A stretch of 64,000 bases of DNA from Candidatus Kapaibacterium sp. (GCA_038202665.1 JBBRES010000001.1:13255-77254), one strand, 5' to 3'; positions 46,281 through 57,277 are shown, numbered from the stretch's first letter. A program made the numbers and translations. The notes: generated by a model from the letters alone, not told the origin.

Positions 46281-47225
46281 ATGGAAGCTTCCCGTAACAC
46301 AGAAATCAAGGTAGGAATCGTCACCCTTGCCGCCCTCCTACTTGCCCTTGGTGGGTTTATTATAGGAAGGGGCATTAGTTTCTCGCCAAATGAGAAGCTG
46401 GTGATGTTCCGATTGCCCACGTCGGGCGGACTGGACAACAGTTCACCTGTTGTCGTGAACGGCGTTTCACGCGGCAAAGTGAAAGAGATTCGAAATGAGA
46501 ACGGCAGCGTTCTCGTTCTCGCTTCCGTGGACGACGTGAGCGACCTGCATGCAGATGCAAAAGCACGCGTGTCGATTCTAGAGATCACGGGCGGTAAAAA
46601 GGTCGAGATCTTCCCTGGTACGAGTGCAACGATGTTCGATATCTCAAAAGAGATTCCCGGAGATGTAGCCGCAGATATTGGCAGTCTCGTTGGAATGCTT
46701 GGCGACGCGGGCGAGGACGCCAAGAGTGTTCTCCGTCGCGTAGACACGATCACTGCCGCCCTTACGGCACTATTGGCGGACGGCACCGTGATGGCCAACG
46801 TGCGAACAATGGCAGACGACGGCTCAGTGGCCTTGCGCAACGCGCGGCTCCTCTTAGAAGACAATCGTGCAAATCTGAATGTTGCCGTGAAGAACCTGCG
46901 CGTGATCAGTGAAGATGTACGACGCATCATTGATAAGAACGATCCAAAGCTCACATCACTTCTCGACAAACTCGATCGCACAATCTCCAGTACTGATGGG
47001 ACGATTGCCCGAGCAGACGACGCGATTGTGAAGGCCGACACGCTGTTGAAAAACGTGAACGACGTCATCGTTTCCGTTAAGACCAACGACGGTCTTGTGC
47101 ACCGCATTTTGTACGATACGGTGTTTGCGAACCGACTCGACACAACCTTGTATTCACTGCGCAAGTTCATCAACGGTGCGCGTGCCAACGGTGTGAACGT
47201 GAACGTTGGAATCGGACACAAGTAA
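46281..47225 (+). CDS. MlaD/MCE-family protein
   Basis: N-terminal TM and MCE domain (EIKVGIVTLAALLL...VVVNGVSRGKV). Confidence 0.7.
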   Translation: MEASRNTEIKVGIVTLAALLLALGGFIIGRGISFSPNEKLVMFRLPTSGGLDNSSPVVVNGVSRGKVKEIRNENGSVLVLASVDDVSDLHADAKARVSILEITGGKKVEIFPGTSATMFDISKEIPGDVAADIGSLVGMLGDAGEDAKSVLRRVDTITAALTALLADGTVMANVRTMADDGSVALRNARLLLEDNRANLNVAVKNLRVISEDVRRIIDKNDPKLTSLLDKLDRTISSTDGTIARADDAIVKADTLLKNVNDVIVSVKTNDGLVHRILYDTVFANRLDTTLYSLRKFINGARANGVNVNVGIGHK

Positions 47226-47897
47226 GTGGCAACGAATAGCACGTTCCTTACGCCGGAATCCAATACCTACATCACCGAGATGTTCTCGAGCGAGGATCAA
47301 TTCCTTCGCGATTTGAACACTCAGGCAATTGCACATGGCATTCCAGCCATCTCTATTTCGCCAGAGCAGACAAATTTTTTGCAGGTGCTTCTTCGCTCCA
47401 TGCAGGCACGTCGCGTCCTCGAGATCGGCTCGCTTGCAGGGTATAGCGCCATCACCATGGCACGGGCCCTTCCTGCAGACGGAAGTGTTGTGTGCTGTGA
47501 GCTTGTTGCGGAGTGGGGAGACTTTATCGAAGGCAAGGCCCAAGAGGCCGGGCTTGGCCGAGTGATCTCTGTTCGACGCGGTCCCGCCCTTGCCACCATC
47601 GAGCAGCTTTGCGCAGAGAACATCGAGCCATTCGACGTCATCTTTATCGACGCCGACAAACCGAACTACGTGAACTATGTGCAGGCAGCGTGGCCGCTGT
47701 TGCGTCTTGGTGGAGTTGTCATCGGCGACAATGCCTTGGCTTGGGGCTATGTCACAGATGAAAACACTGAATTCGAACCGCACAACGTCAAAGGCATTCG
47801 GGCCTTTAACCACTTCATGGCCCACCACGCCAAGCTTCAGAGTACTCTCGTACCGCTCGGCGATGGAATGACGATTGGGTTCAAACTGGAGCACTAG
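47226..47897 (+). CDS. class I SAM-dependent O-methyltransferase (caffeoyl-CoA OMT-like)
   Basis: Motif VLEIGSLAGYSAI and the DFIFIDADK-like motif VIFIDADKPNY. Starts on GTG. Confidence 0.8.
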   Translation: MATNSTFLTPESNTYITEMFSSEDQFLRDLNTQAIAHGIPAISISPEQTNFLQVLLRSMQARRVLEIGSLAGYSAITMARALPADGSVVCCELVAEWGDFIEGKAQEAGLGRVISVRRGPALATIEQLCAENIEPFDVIFIDADKPNYVNYVQAAWPLLRLGGVVIGDNALAWGYVTDENTEFEPHNVKGIRAFNHFMAHHAKLQSTLVPLGDGMTIGFKLEH

Positions 47898-47901
47898 ACT
47901 A

Positions 47902-49302
47902 ATGCGCCTATTCGCCGGCGTTCTTCTCGCATGCATGATCCTTGTTGGATGCAAGAGCACGCATTCGCTCGATACTTCGTTCGACCTTCGAGAAGGAAGC
48001 GAGCGGATGAAGCAGTTGGTCTTTACGACAACGCGCAACATCGACTCGGTTGACGTGAAGAAGCTCATGGTGGATGTGTGGAAGGTGGAGCACTATGCCT
48101 ATCCCGATACCATCAAGTTGTTTGTTCGCGTTCTCGACAGTACGGGCAACGTGATCACACACATGGCGCAACCCTATGCAAGACCTGGTGCGCCAAACTA
48201 CTTCTCGCATTTGCGCGAATCGCTCGGATCCAAACGCAACGAAAAGATCATCGACGTATCGCCTTTCACCGTCCGCGAGTTTGGCGAACAAGACTCTATT
48301 CCTACCTCCATAGCTCTTGCCATAGACTATAGTGGCTCTATGAAGGGTGTGCTTCCGTGGATTGAGCAAGGAACAGAAGTTTTCATCTCGCTTATGCGTC
48401 CATGCGACCGAATCTCGCTCACCACCTTCGCCAAAGAAGTCACAGCCGTCTTCCCCCTCACGTCCGACACATCGAAAATGATTCGCGCATATCGAGAGCA
48501 TCGCAAGAAAGCGCCCGGTATGTACACCTCGTCCGTGGATGGACTGATGAAGGCACTCAAGTCGCTCGACACCGTGCCCATCGAGGAGCCAAAGGTCTGC
48601 GTGTTCTTTACCGATGGCGACGAGAACACGTCGTTCGCAAAAATGTCCGACATCTTCGACTACGCTGTTAAAAAGAACATCAGTATTTATTGCGTTGGCT
48701 TCGGTTATGCGCAAGACGAACCACTCGAGGCATTGTCGCTCTACACTGGCGGCAAGTACTATCGCGCGTATTCGAAGGCAGAGCTCAATCAAATCTTTCT
48801 AGACATCTATCGCTCCCTTCGGAACTACTATCTCATCGCCTATCATCCGCCGAAGTACGATGGCCTGCACGTTGCAGAGCTCACCATTGATGTGCCAGGG
48901 AGGGATAGTATGGTGGCAAGGGCCACGTATGATAAATCTGGTTTGGCGAATCCACCTATCGGGAATGAATTCACACGTCAGATTTTGTTTGCGTATAACA
49001 AAGCGGAGATAGATTCGGCGTCGAACTCGATCATAGAGACCATCGCTGATAATCTCGAGCGCTTTGACCGCGTTGAGCTTGAGATCCAAGGTCACACGGA
49101 CAACATCGGAGGCGAAGAGTTCAATGCCAAGCTTTCACAGGCCCGTGCAGAGTCTGTAAAGTCTGCACTAATCGCCCGTGGTGTCGAGGAACGCAGACTT
49201 CGTACGAAAGGCTACGGCTTTATGCTGCCCGTTGCCTCGAACGAAACGGAAGATGGACGTGCACAAAACCGTCGCACAGTATTTAAGATCCTGCGCAAGT
49301 AA
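47902..49302 (+). CDS. lipoprotein with vWA domain and C-terminal OmpA-family peptidoglycan-binding domain
   Basis: Lipobox LVGC, a vWA MIDAS-like region (DYSGSM), and an OmpA C-terminus (HTDNIGGEEFNAKLSQARAESV). Confidence 0.75.
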   Translation: MRLFAGVLLACMILVGCKSTHSLDTSFDLREGSERMKQLVFTTTRNIDSVDVKKLMVDVWKVEHYAYPDTIKLFVRVLDSTGNVITHMAQPYARPGAPNYFSHLRESLGSKRNEKIIDVSPFTVREFGEQDSIPTSIALAIDYSGSMKGVLPWIEQGTEVFISLMRPCDRISLTTFAKEVTAVFPLTSDTSKMIRAYREHRKKAPGMYTSSVDGLMKALKSLDTVPIEEPKVCVFFTDGDENTSFAKMSDIFDYAVKKNISIYCVGFGYAQDEPLEALSLYTGGKYYRAYSKAELNQIFLDIYRSLRNYYLIAYHPPKYDGLHVAELTIDVPGRDSMVARATYDKSGLANPPIGNEFTRQILFAYNKAEIDSASNSIIETIADNLERFDRVELEIQGHTDNIGGEEFNAKLSQARAESVKSALIARGVEERRLRTKGYGFMLPVASNETEDGRAQNRRTVFKILRK

Positions 49303-49318
49303 CAACGTATCTTTGCGC

Positions 49319-50848
49319 ATGGCCATGTCCCCTATCATGTCGCTCTTCAAACGTGCAGTCGCCCGTCACAATGGCGATGCGCCGTTCACTGAAGCACAGC
49401 ACTCACGACGTGCATTCATTGGCGCAGCCGCCACGTCGCTCGTCATTGCATCCTGCTCCAAGCCATCTGAACTCCTCGCACCCGGCATACGCATCGCAAT
49501 TGTTGGCGGAGGCATTGCAGGTCTGCACTGCGCATGGCAGTTGCAACGCAAGGGATTGCGCGCCGATGTGTACGAGGCGTCTATGCGAACGGGTGGACGG
49601 ATTTTGACGGGTCGCGACATTATTGCGCCGGGCTCGATCACGGAACTCGGCGGAGAGTTTATCGACACGGCGCACACAGACATGTTGGCTCTTGCGAAGA
49701 CGTTCAATCTTGAATTGCTTGATCTACGCGACGTTTCGTCCAAAGCGTATCACGACGTGTTCTTCTTCGAAGGTCGCGTGTACACCGAGGCCGACATTAC
49801 ACGCGAGATGTCGCCGTTCATACCTCGCTTCGCTGCCGATATTGCCACGCTGCCTCGCAACCTTACCAGCTTGTCGGGAACACCAGGTGAGAAGCTTGAC
49901 GCAATGAGTCTTGATGCGTACTTCCATGCATGCGGCATTACGGGATGGGTACGCGCGTTTCTTGAGTCGGCGTTCGTGACCGAGAATGGACTCGATCTCT
50001 CAGAACAAAGCACATTGAATTTCTTATCAGTGATTGCCTATCAGATCCACGGCAATCCATTCCGTTGGTTTGGAGAGAGCGACGAGCGGTATCGATTGAA
50101 GAGTGGGAACGAGCAAATCGTAGGACATCTTGCTGCCGATGTGCAGAAGAGCATTCACACCGGACATCGGTTGGAAAGTATTCGAGCCTATGGCTCTGCG
50201 TATCGACTTTCGTTCCGCGCAGACAATGCGTCAAAGACCATCGATGCAGATCACGTTGTACTTGCACTGCCGTTTTCATTGTTGCGCGATGTGGAGATTG
50301 GCGTTGAACTGCCGGAGCGCAAACTCCAAGCCATTCGAGAAGCCCGTTATAGTGCCACGTCGAAAATCATCGTTGGTTTTGACAGACCCTTCTGGCACGA
50401 TCAAGGACATAGTGGTACAGTCTACGCGGATGCACCGGTGCAAGTAGCATGGGACAACACGGCAAAGCAAGGTCTGCAAGCCGGTGGCCTTACCTTCTTT
50501 AGTGGAGGTGCGAATACGCGCGTGCTGTGGTCTGCAGGTATCACACGTTCGGTCCGCACCATGATGAAAGACCTTCGTCCGATATGGCACGATGCTCCCC
50601 TAGAACCAACCAAGATCACAGGCTTTAACTGGCCAGACAATCCACTGTCGAAGGGTGCATACTCGACGTACACACCGGGTCAGTGGACGAAGTTTTATGG
50701 CACAGAACAAACGGCAGTGGGCAACATCCACTTTGCTGGCGAGCACTGCTCGCGCGAGGGCAAAGGCTACATGAACGGTGCCGCAGAAACAGGTCGCATG
50801 GCGGCAGAAGAAATCATCAAAGCATACAGCAATGCCAGAGTCCGCTGA
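49319..50848 (+). CDS. Tat-secreted flavin-containing amine oxidase
   Basis: Tat motif SRRAFIG, the dinucleotide fold IAIVGGGIAGL and an amine oxidase C-terminal pattern. Confidence 0.8.
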   Translation: MAMSPIMSLFKRAVARHNGDAPFTEAQHSRRAFIGAAATSLVIASCSKPSELLAPGIRIAIVGGGIAGLHCAWQLQRKGLRADVYEASMRTGGRILTGRDIIAPGSITELGGEFIDTAHTDMLALAKTFNLELLDLRDVSSKAYHDVFFFEGRVYTEADITREMSPFIPRFAADIATLPRNLTSLSGTPGEKLDAMSLDAYFHACGITGWVRAFLESAFVTENGLDLSEQSTLNFLSVIAYQIHGNPFRWFGESDERYRLKSGNEQIVGHLAADVQKSIHTGHRLESIRAYGSAYRLSFRADNASKTIDADHVVLALPFSLLRDVEIGVELPERKLQAIREARYSATSKIIVGFDRPFWHDQGHSGTVYADAPVQVAWDNTAKQGLQAGGLTFFSGGANTRVLWSAGITRSVRTMMKDLRPIWHDAPLEPTKITGFNWPDNPLSKGAYSTYTPGQWTKFYGTEQTAVGNIHFAGEHCSREGKGYMNGAAETGRMAAEEIIKAYSNARVR

Positions 50849-51158
50849 TTTTTATCTGCGCGTGCACGAGCTCGTGAAGCAGATTCCCTTCGGACGCGTC
50901 ACAACCTACGGACACATCGCCGCTGCCCTTGGTGCTCGTTCATCATCGCGCATGGTAGGGTGGGCATTGAACGCCGTTGCACATGCAGAGCGGTTCGACA
51001 TACCATGTCATCGCGTTGTGAACCGCCTTGGCGAACTCTCCGGCAAGATGCATTTCGAAACTCCCTTCGTGATGCGTGAGCGCCTCGAAGCAGAGGGCAT
51101 CACCTTCATAGACGAAGCAGTCAACCTCACGCAACACCTCTGGATTCCCGAAGCATGA
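50832..51158 (+). CDS. MGMT-family DNA-binding domain protein (O6-alkylguanine transferase-like, active Cys present)
   Basis: IPCHRVV active-site motif. The gene is short, encoding the C-terminal domain only. Confidence 0.7.
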   Translation: MPESADFYLRVHELVKQIPFGRVTTYGHIAAALGARSSSRMVGWALNAVAHAERFDIPCHRVVNRLGELSGKMHFETPFVMRERLEAEGITFIDEAVNLTQHLWIPEA

Positions 51159-52711
51159 AGGTTGTTGTTGAACTTGTTCTTACTCCCGCACAAGCAGCAG
51201 ACGCTGTCTATGTGCGCTCACAAGCCATTGCAGAGGCAGGTGTTTCGCAGGAGAGTGTGAGCGCCGTTGTGCAGAACAGGCGTAGCATCGACGCACGTGC
51301 ACGCGCTCCACGCATTCGCTTGCAATGCGAAGTGTACGTGAACGAAGAGCCGCCTGTTGATGTATCTATCACATCGACGTTCAAAGATGCCGATCCCACG
51401 AAGCGCGTGATCATTGTTGGTGCAGGACCAGCCGGCTACTTTGCAGCACTTGAACTACTCGAACATGGCATCACGCCCATTGTAATCGATCGTGGCAAAG
51501 ACGTGCGCACACGTCGCCGAGATCTTCGCGCCATTCAGCAAGACGGCGTAGTGAACGAGCACTCCAACTATTGTTTTGGTGAAGGTGGTGCCGGCACCTA
51601 TTCGGATGGGAAACTCTATACGCGTTCTCATAAGCGTGGCAGCATTGAAAAGGTGCTGCGGCTCCTTGTAGAGCATGGGGCAACGCGCGACATTCTCGTA
51701 GACGCTCATCCACACATCGGCTCGAATAAGCTGTGGCTCGTTGTGCAAGAGATTAGAGAGACGATACGGCGGCATGGAGGCGAGGTACATTTTGATTCGT
51801 ATGTCACAGACTTCATTCTCTCGGACGATCGCATACACGGCGTTGTTCTCGAGAACGGAATTGAGCATCGTGCACAGGCCGTGATCTTGGCCACCGGACA
51901 TAGTGCTCGCGACATTTTTCATCTCTGCGTTCGCAAAGGCATCGACGTAGAAGCCAAGCCATTTGCGCTCGGGGTCCGCATCGAACATCCGCAGCCGCTT
52001 ATAGATGAGATCCAATATCATCAGCGACCGCGCGACCCGCTTCTTCCTGCCTCTTCGTATTCATTGGTCTGCCAGGTAGGGCAGCGAGGTGTCTTCTCGT
52101 TCTGTATGTGTCCGGGTGGACTCATCGTCCCCTCAGCCACGGCGCCGGGAGAGATCGTGGTAAATGGCATGAGCATGTCGCGCCGAGATTCGCCCTTTGC
52201 CAACTCAGGGACGGTTGTTGCGGTGGAGGAAGAGGATTGGTCAGAGTTTTCTAACCACGGTGTTCTTGCGGCGTTGGAGTACCAAGCACACGTGGAGCGG
52301 GCGACGTTTGCGGCCAACGGCGACGGGTCGCAACGTGCTCCAGCGCAACGACTTACGGACTTTCTCGACCGCCGCCTTAGCCCCTCCCTCCCTACCACAT
52401 CATACATCCCGGGTCACGTTTCGGCAGACCTCCATGGCATACTTCCTGGTCCGCTCCTCAAACGACTCGAGGCCGGCATACGTCAGTTCAGTTCTTCGAT
52501 GCGCGGATACTTGACAAGCGAGGCCGTTATGGTAGCCGTAGAGTCCCGCACATCGTCTCCCGTTCGCATCCCGCGCGACCGAACCACCTACGAACATATT
52601 CGCATCCGAGGCCTCTATCCATGTGGCGAAGGGGCAGGATACGCCGGTGGAATCGTTAGCGCAGCACTCGACGGACAGAATGTAGCTAATCGGCTCTCGC
52701 ACGCGTTATGA
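51155..52711 (+). CDS. FAD-dependent oxidoreductase (COG2509-type uncharacterized dehydrogenase)
   Basis: VIIVGAGPAGYFAA dinucleotide motif and the family pattern ..GEGGAGTYSDGKL. Confidence 0.7.
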   Translation: MKVVVELVLTPAQAADAVYVRSQAIAEAGVSQESVSAVVQNRRSIDARARAPRIRLQCEVYVNEEPPVDVSITSTFKDADPTKRVIIVGAGPAGYFAALELLEHGITPIVIDRGKDVRTRRRDLRAIQQDGVVNEHSNYCFGEGGAGTYSDGKLYTRSHKRGSIEKVLRLLVEHGATRDILVDAHPHIGSNKLWLVVQEIRETIRRHGGEVHFDSYVTDFILSDDRIHGVVLENGIEHRAQAVILATGHSARDIFHLCVRKGIDVEAKPFALGVRIEHPQPLIDEIQYHQRPRDPLLPASSYSLVCQVGQRGVFSFCMCPGGLIVPSATAPGEIVVNGMSMSRRDSPFANSGTVVAVEEEDWSEFSNHGVLAALEYQAHVERATFAANGDGSQRAPAQRLTDFLDRRLSPSLPTTSYIPGHVSADLHGILPGPLLKRLEAGIRQFSSSMRGYLTSEAVMVAVESRTSSPVRIPRDRTTYEHIRIRGLYPCGEGAGYAGGIVSAALDGQNVANRLSHAL

Positions 52712-52769
52712 GATGCCCTTTTCCGTAACTTTGTGACTGTATTTCTTTCAACAAACAGGATGAACCCAC

Positions 52770-53459
52770 ATGAAGATGATCGTTGCAGCGGTTGCTGCTC
52801 TGCTCTTGATCTCTTGCAATGCCGAATCACAGGTGAACAACGTGAAGCTCGAAACGAAGAAAGATTCCGCCAGCTACGCGCTGGGATTGAACATCGCAAA
52901 GAGCTTGAAGGCACAAGAGCTCGATCTTGATATCGACCGCATTGCTGCTGGTTTGCGCGACGGTCTTGGCGGAACGGCGATGATGAAGGACGAAGAAGTT
53001 GCAGCCTGCCTTACAGCACTGCAAGCTGAAGCACAAAAGAAAGCACAGGAGAAAGCATCAATGGCCGGAGGAGAAAATTTGAAAAAGGGTGAAGCCTTTT
53101 TGGCTGAGAACAAGAAGAAGCCAGGCGTGATGACCACGGCGAGCGGTCTTCAATACAAGGTTGTTACTGAAGGCAAGGGCAAGAAGCCAATTGCTACGAA
53201 CACCGTAAAGGTGCACTACAAGGGCACAAACATCGATGGCAAAGTCTTCGACAGTTCGTACGACAGAGGTCAGCCTGCCGAGTTCGCACTCAATCAAGTG
53301 ATTCCAGGATGGACAGAAGGCTTGCAGCTCATGAACGCAGGCTCCAAGTACATTCTCTATATCCCGTCCCAAATCGCGTACGGCGAAAACGGCGCAGGTG
53401 GAGCAATTGGACCGAACGAGGCCTTGGTCTTCGAAGTTGAACTTCTCGAGATCAAGTAA
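52770..53459 (+). CDS. FKBP-type peptidyl-prolyl cis-trans isomerase (FkpA-like lipoprotein)
   Basis: Lipobox LISC, an N-terminal dimerisation helix and an FKBP domain (..FDSSYDRGQPAEFALNQVIPGW..). Confidence 0.85.
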   Translation: MKMIVAAVAALLLISCNAESQVNNVKLETKKDSASYALGLNIAKSLKAQELDLDIDRIAAGLRDGLGGTAMMKDEEVAACLTALQAEAQKKAQEKASMAGGENLKKGEAFLAENKKKPGVMTTASGLQYKVVTEGKGKKPIATNTVKVHYKGTNIDGKVFDSSYDRGQPAEFALNQVIPGWTEGLQLMNAGSKYILYIPSQIAYGENGAGGAIGPNEALVFEVELLEIK

Positions 53460-53499
53460 CGTTTTTCGAAGTATCACGCACTCATCAGAACGACAAAAC

Positions 53500-54396
53500 A
53501 TGTCAGCATCGACAGCTGTTCCAAACGCCAGAATCTCGAATTTTTACGTACCGTTTCTTCTCGTCTTACCTACCCTTGCCGTGTTCTATGGCATCTACAT
53601 GGCAATCATGGGTCAAGTAAGCACGTTCGACGTTGTGCTCTGCTTGGTCTTGGGAGCTATGACGGAGTTCGGGGTAACGTTTGGCTATCACCGCATGACG
53701 GTGCACAAGTCTTTTGTGGCTCAACCATGGCTCAAGGCCATTGTACTCGCACTCGGCTCGATGGCGTTTCAAGGTCCGGTGATCAATTGGTCGAGCGTGC
53801 ACACAAAGCACCACGCCATGAGCGATCAGCCGGAAGATCCGCACACGCCAACGATCCGCGGATTCTTCTTCGCTCACTTTGAGTGGTTACTCGAGATGAG
53901 TAGCGATTCCATGAATGTGATTCGCGAAAAGTATGCGGGTAGGTACTTGAAGGATCCAATGTATCTGTTCTTCGATCGGACGTTCTTGTTTTGGAGCACG
54001 TTTAGTCTTGTTTTCCCAGCAGCCCTTGGCTTCTTGGTAGCAGGGTGGCCGGGAGCATGGTCTGCCTTCATCTTTGGTGGCCTGATCCGCGTCTTCATGA
54101 CATCGCACGTAACGTGGTGCGTTAACAGCGTCTGCCACATTGCTGGCGGCCGGATGTTCAACACCACTGATAAAAGTCGCAACAACTTCCTCGTCGGAAT
54201 CTTCGCCCTTGGCGAAGGTTGGCACAACAATCACCACGCCTTCCCAAGCAGTGCCTTCCATGGTCTGCGCTGGTGGCAGATTGATTTTACTGCCTACGCT
54301 GTTCGCGTCTTTGAAAAGCTCGGCATCGTTCGCAGCGTCGTTCGCATCCCAGACGCCTTCTTGGAAAAGAAGCTTGGGCAGAACGTAGAGGTCTAA
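53500..54396 (+). CDS. acyl-CoA (stearoyl-CoA type) delta-9 fatty acid desaturase
   Basis: Three His boxes (HRMTVHK, HTKHHAM, HNNHHAFP) and four TM segments. Confidence 0.85.
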   Translation: MSASTAVPNARISNFYVPFLLVLPTLAVFYGIYMAIMGQVSTFDVVLCLVLGAMTEFGVTFGYHRMTVHKSFVAQPWLKAIVLALGSMAFQGPVINWSSVHTKHHAMSDQPEDPHTPTIRGFFFAHFEWLLEMSSDSMNVIREKYAGRYLKDPMYLFFDRTFLFWSTFSLVFPAALGFLVAGWPGAWSAFIFGGLIRVFMTSHVTWCVNSVCHIAGGRMFNTTDKSRNNFLVGIFALGEGWHNNHHAFPSSAFHGLRWWQIDFTAYAVRVFEKLGIVRSVVRIPDAFLEKKLGQNVEV

Positions 54397-54460
54397 AAGT
54401 ATCCCTTCGACGCTCGACCCATCGAGCGCCAACTGGCGCTAGGAAGTAATGGAATATCAT

Positions 54461-54494
54461 GGCGGCTTGCTTCGGCAAGCCGCCATTTCTTTTT
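54461..54494 (+). terminator. Rho-independent terminator after desaturase
   Basis: GGCGGCTTGC-ttcg-GCAAGCCGCC perfect 10-bp stem followed by ATTTCTTTTT. Confidence 0.8.
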
Positions 54495-55042
54495 CACACA
54501 TACTTGGTTGCGCCAACAGCATTTGTCAAGGGCGGAACCACCCTATGATCAATGAAGCTCATTTCATTAACTACAGCTTTTTATGGAAAGGAATTGTTTT
54601 CAATTTTGCGCGCGTAGATTACGAACGGAGGAACGCTACGTAGGATACAGAGAAGTGCATCCTGTGGGGGCGTTGACGCCATGAATTGGTGATTCGATCG
54701 CCGATTGCAGTACAGGCATACTTTCCAATCGCTGCTGAAGTTCTTTGGGAACCATACGGTCTGCGATATTCTTGAACACCACGTTCAATCTAGATTTCTC
54801 TACAAGGATGGCCTCATCCAAATCAGCATTCCTGTTGGTTATCGGGCAGATAGTCTCATGCGCTGGTGTGAATTTGAAGAACATGACGATTGCTTGCTTT
54901 CTCGCAGCATACTCAATAGTTTGTGTTCGTCATATAGCAGAGTCGCCAATATCATCGCCACGGCACCGTGTATGTGCTGCACACCTTGAGTACTTGATTC
55001 CGTTATACGACATGATTACCGCAACCGGCAACAGGGGGTTCT

Positions 55043-57277
55043 ATGACACGTGTCGTGCAATTCGTCATTCTTGTACTCCTGTACTCGCAGTGTATGCTCC
55101 TCCATGCGCAACCAGCGCTACTCTGGCTTCGTGATGGGCAGCCACTAAATGTTCAGATTGTTGCCTATAATCAGGCGACACATCTCCTGATCACCCATTC
55201 TAGAACATTCCTCTATGTGTGGGATACTGATGCCGACACCGTCATTTGGCGGACATATTTACCCTCCCCGGTTGAATGGGTGTCGTACGTGGACGATTCG
55301 ACAGTTATGGTGCTACGATATCGCGACCTCTACCAGATGCGGATCCGGGACGGTTCTATCGTACAACAAACGTCTTGCTCTTGCGTAACGTGGGCAAGCC
55401 CGACATACCGCTTTGGTGGTTCCATGTTCCAGTACAAAGACCTTGACAGCATCATAGTCACGGATATCAAATCTGGATTTACGGTGATGAAAACACAGTG
55501 GCGAGAAGGACATACACCATTTTTCAAGTTCTGGGATTATGACACCACTACCAAGCGACTCTACTGTTCGGCATTAAACACCCTTTTCTACATCGACTCG
55601 AGCGGGGTTACGCATTCTCTCGATACTCTTGAAAGGATGGGCGACTTACCTGTGGGTTGGACGATGATCGACAATGGGACGATCGTTGTCACAGTTGTTC
55701 AGCAACGCGACTCCCTGCGTGCGGTCTTGTATGCGTATGACAGAAAGGATCTCCAGCTCCAGGACAGCCTCTACATAGCATCTGCGCCGCTCTGGCCAGG
55801 TAGACCCTTTCTACCAATCGGGAAGATTGGTGAGTCTATCGTCTTTGACGCCTTTTTGCAAAAGATCGTTGTCGTTCGAACATCACCACTGCGGATTGAA
55901 CAAACGACGGTTGTCGATGTTCACGGCCCGGCAGCGGTGTTCGTCCAGCCTGATAGTGTTTGTTTTAGAGACCTGTCAGGGGCGAATATCATTCACGATG
56001 TCTTTTCTTCCGGGAATCGCATGCTCTTGCCCAAGCGAACCGCTATTCGCAATGCGCACTGTGGACCGAATTCTGAACTACTTGTCGAGCAAGAGCGTGA
56101 AGCACCAATTGTACTAAACATTCGCACCGGGGAGGATGAACTAACACCATGGAATCCATTGCCTAGACGAATTCAGAATGGAGATGATCTTCACGTCGGA
56201 GGTCGTTCCGGGTGTGCCATTGTTAGCATCAGCAACATTCAATCGAGCTTCGTTCTACCATACGGAGATACCACTGTCCTGTGTAAAATCGAAGGCGAAG
56301 ACGATCACTTCGGACTCGGTGTAAGTAGGGCGTACAATCCGTATGTCTGTTGGGCCGACTCCACAGGCACAGAGCTCGACATTGTATTCCGCCACTCGCT
56401 TTGGGTTCAGGGATTTTCAGAGTACGGAATAGGAATTTACCGGACCAGTAGGCCATGCACAGATACCATGTATACTAACCAAGATTATTCCACGACCTTC
56501 GTCGAGACGGAGTATGAAGGAAACCAGATGCCATTGCCAGTTGCGTCTGAAGATGGCGGCTCAGTCTTTGTTCCTGGTTACAAAATCGTCGAGGGCCCGT
56601 TCCGACAACCGTTGCCCGGCATTACTCTTATAACAGGAATTCAGCACAGCTCCCCCTATTTGAGCACGAATCGAGCCTTTAGTTCTTATCGTGGGTTGTT
56701 CCTGCACCAGCCACACCTTGCCGTCAGAGACACGGATAGCGGGTACTTGATCTTTAGCACAACAGACTCGCTGTACCAAGATCGCCATGTGTACGGATCT
56801 CGATATCTGCCGATGGCCATTTTAAACTCGTCTGATGACGTAATCATGCATGGTGATTCTGGCCTTCAATGCCTCGACCCAAATACGGGCACTATCAAGT
56901 GGAAGATCATTGTTCCCGCTGTACCAACTCGAGTCTTGATAGAGCCACGCGATAGGTGGATGTGCGTGATCTACGCGTTTGGGCGCATTGAGTTGTATGC
57001 GCTCGATCCGTCCGTGAATGTGCCACATCAGGAATCTGAATCCGCTCCATTTCGCGTCTACCCTAATCCCGTTCACGATCAATTGACGGTAACATGTTCG
57101 ACAACCGTTTACGATTATCAAGTGCGTGACATTGTTGGGAGACTCGTTTACGGAGGTGTGACATCAACGCCGTCCAGTCAGTTCACAATCGATACCGGAT
57201 TACTCGTATCAGGAACCTACATGTTAGTACTTCACACAGACAGAGCGTATTCCATGCAGGCATTTATCAAGCACTAG
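55043..57277 (+). CDS. secreted beta-propeller protein with C-terminal T9SS sorting domain (paralog-like to 12987..15146)
   Basis: Signal peptide. The C-terminal pattern FRVYPNPVHDQLTV...YQVRDIVGRLVYGG..SGTYMLVL is the T9SS tail pattern. Confidence 0.7.
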   Translation: MTRVVQFVILVLLYSQCMLLHAQPALLWLRDGQPLNVQIVAYNQATHLLITHSRTFLYVWDTDADTVIWRTYLPSPVEWVSYVDDSTVMVLRYRDLYQMRIRDGSIVQQTSCSCVTWASPTYRFGGSMFQYKDLDSIIVTDIKSGFTVMKTQWREGHTPFFKFWDYDTTTKRLYCSALNTLFYIDSSGVTHSLDTLERMGDLPVGWTMIDNGTIVVTVVQQRDSLRAVLYAYDRKDLQLQDSLYIASAPLWPGRPFLPIGKIGESIVFDAFLQKIVVVRTSPLRIEQTTVVDVHGPAAVFVQPDSVCFRDLSGANIIHDVFSSGNRMLLPKRTAIRNAHCGPNSELLVEQEREAPIVLNIRTGEDELTPWNPLPRRIQNGDDLHVGGRSGCAIVSISNIQSSFVLPYGDTTVLCKIEGEDDHFGLGVSRAYNPYVCWADSTGTELDIVFRHSLWVQGFSEYGIGIYRTSRPCTDTMYTNQDYSTTFVETEYEGNQMPLPVASEDGGSVFVPGYKIVEGPFRQPLPGITLITGIQHSSPYLSTNRAFSSYRGLFLHQPHLAVRDTDSGYLIFSTTDSLYQDRHVYGSRYLPMAILNSSDDVIMHGDSGLQCLDPNTGTIKWKIIVPAVPTRVLIEPRDRWMCVIYAFGRIELYALDPSVNVPHQESESAPFRVYPNPVHDQLTVTCSTTVYDYQVRDIVGRLVYGGVTSTPSSQFTIDTGLLVSGTYMLVLHTDRAYSMQAFIKH

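Noticed and set aside
54449-54643. 64-aa ORF immediately after the desaturase
   Set aside because: It overlaps the strong terminator hairpin at 54461-54494 and has no RBS or family resemblance.
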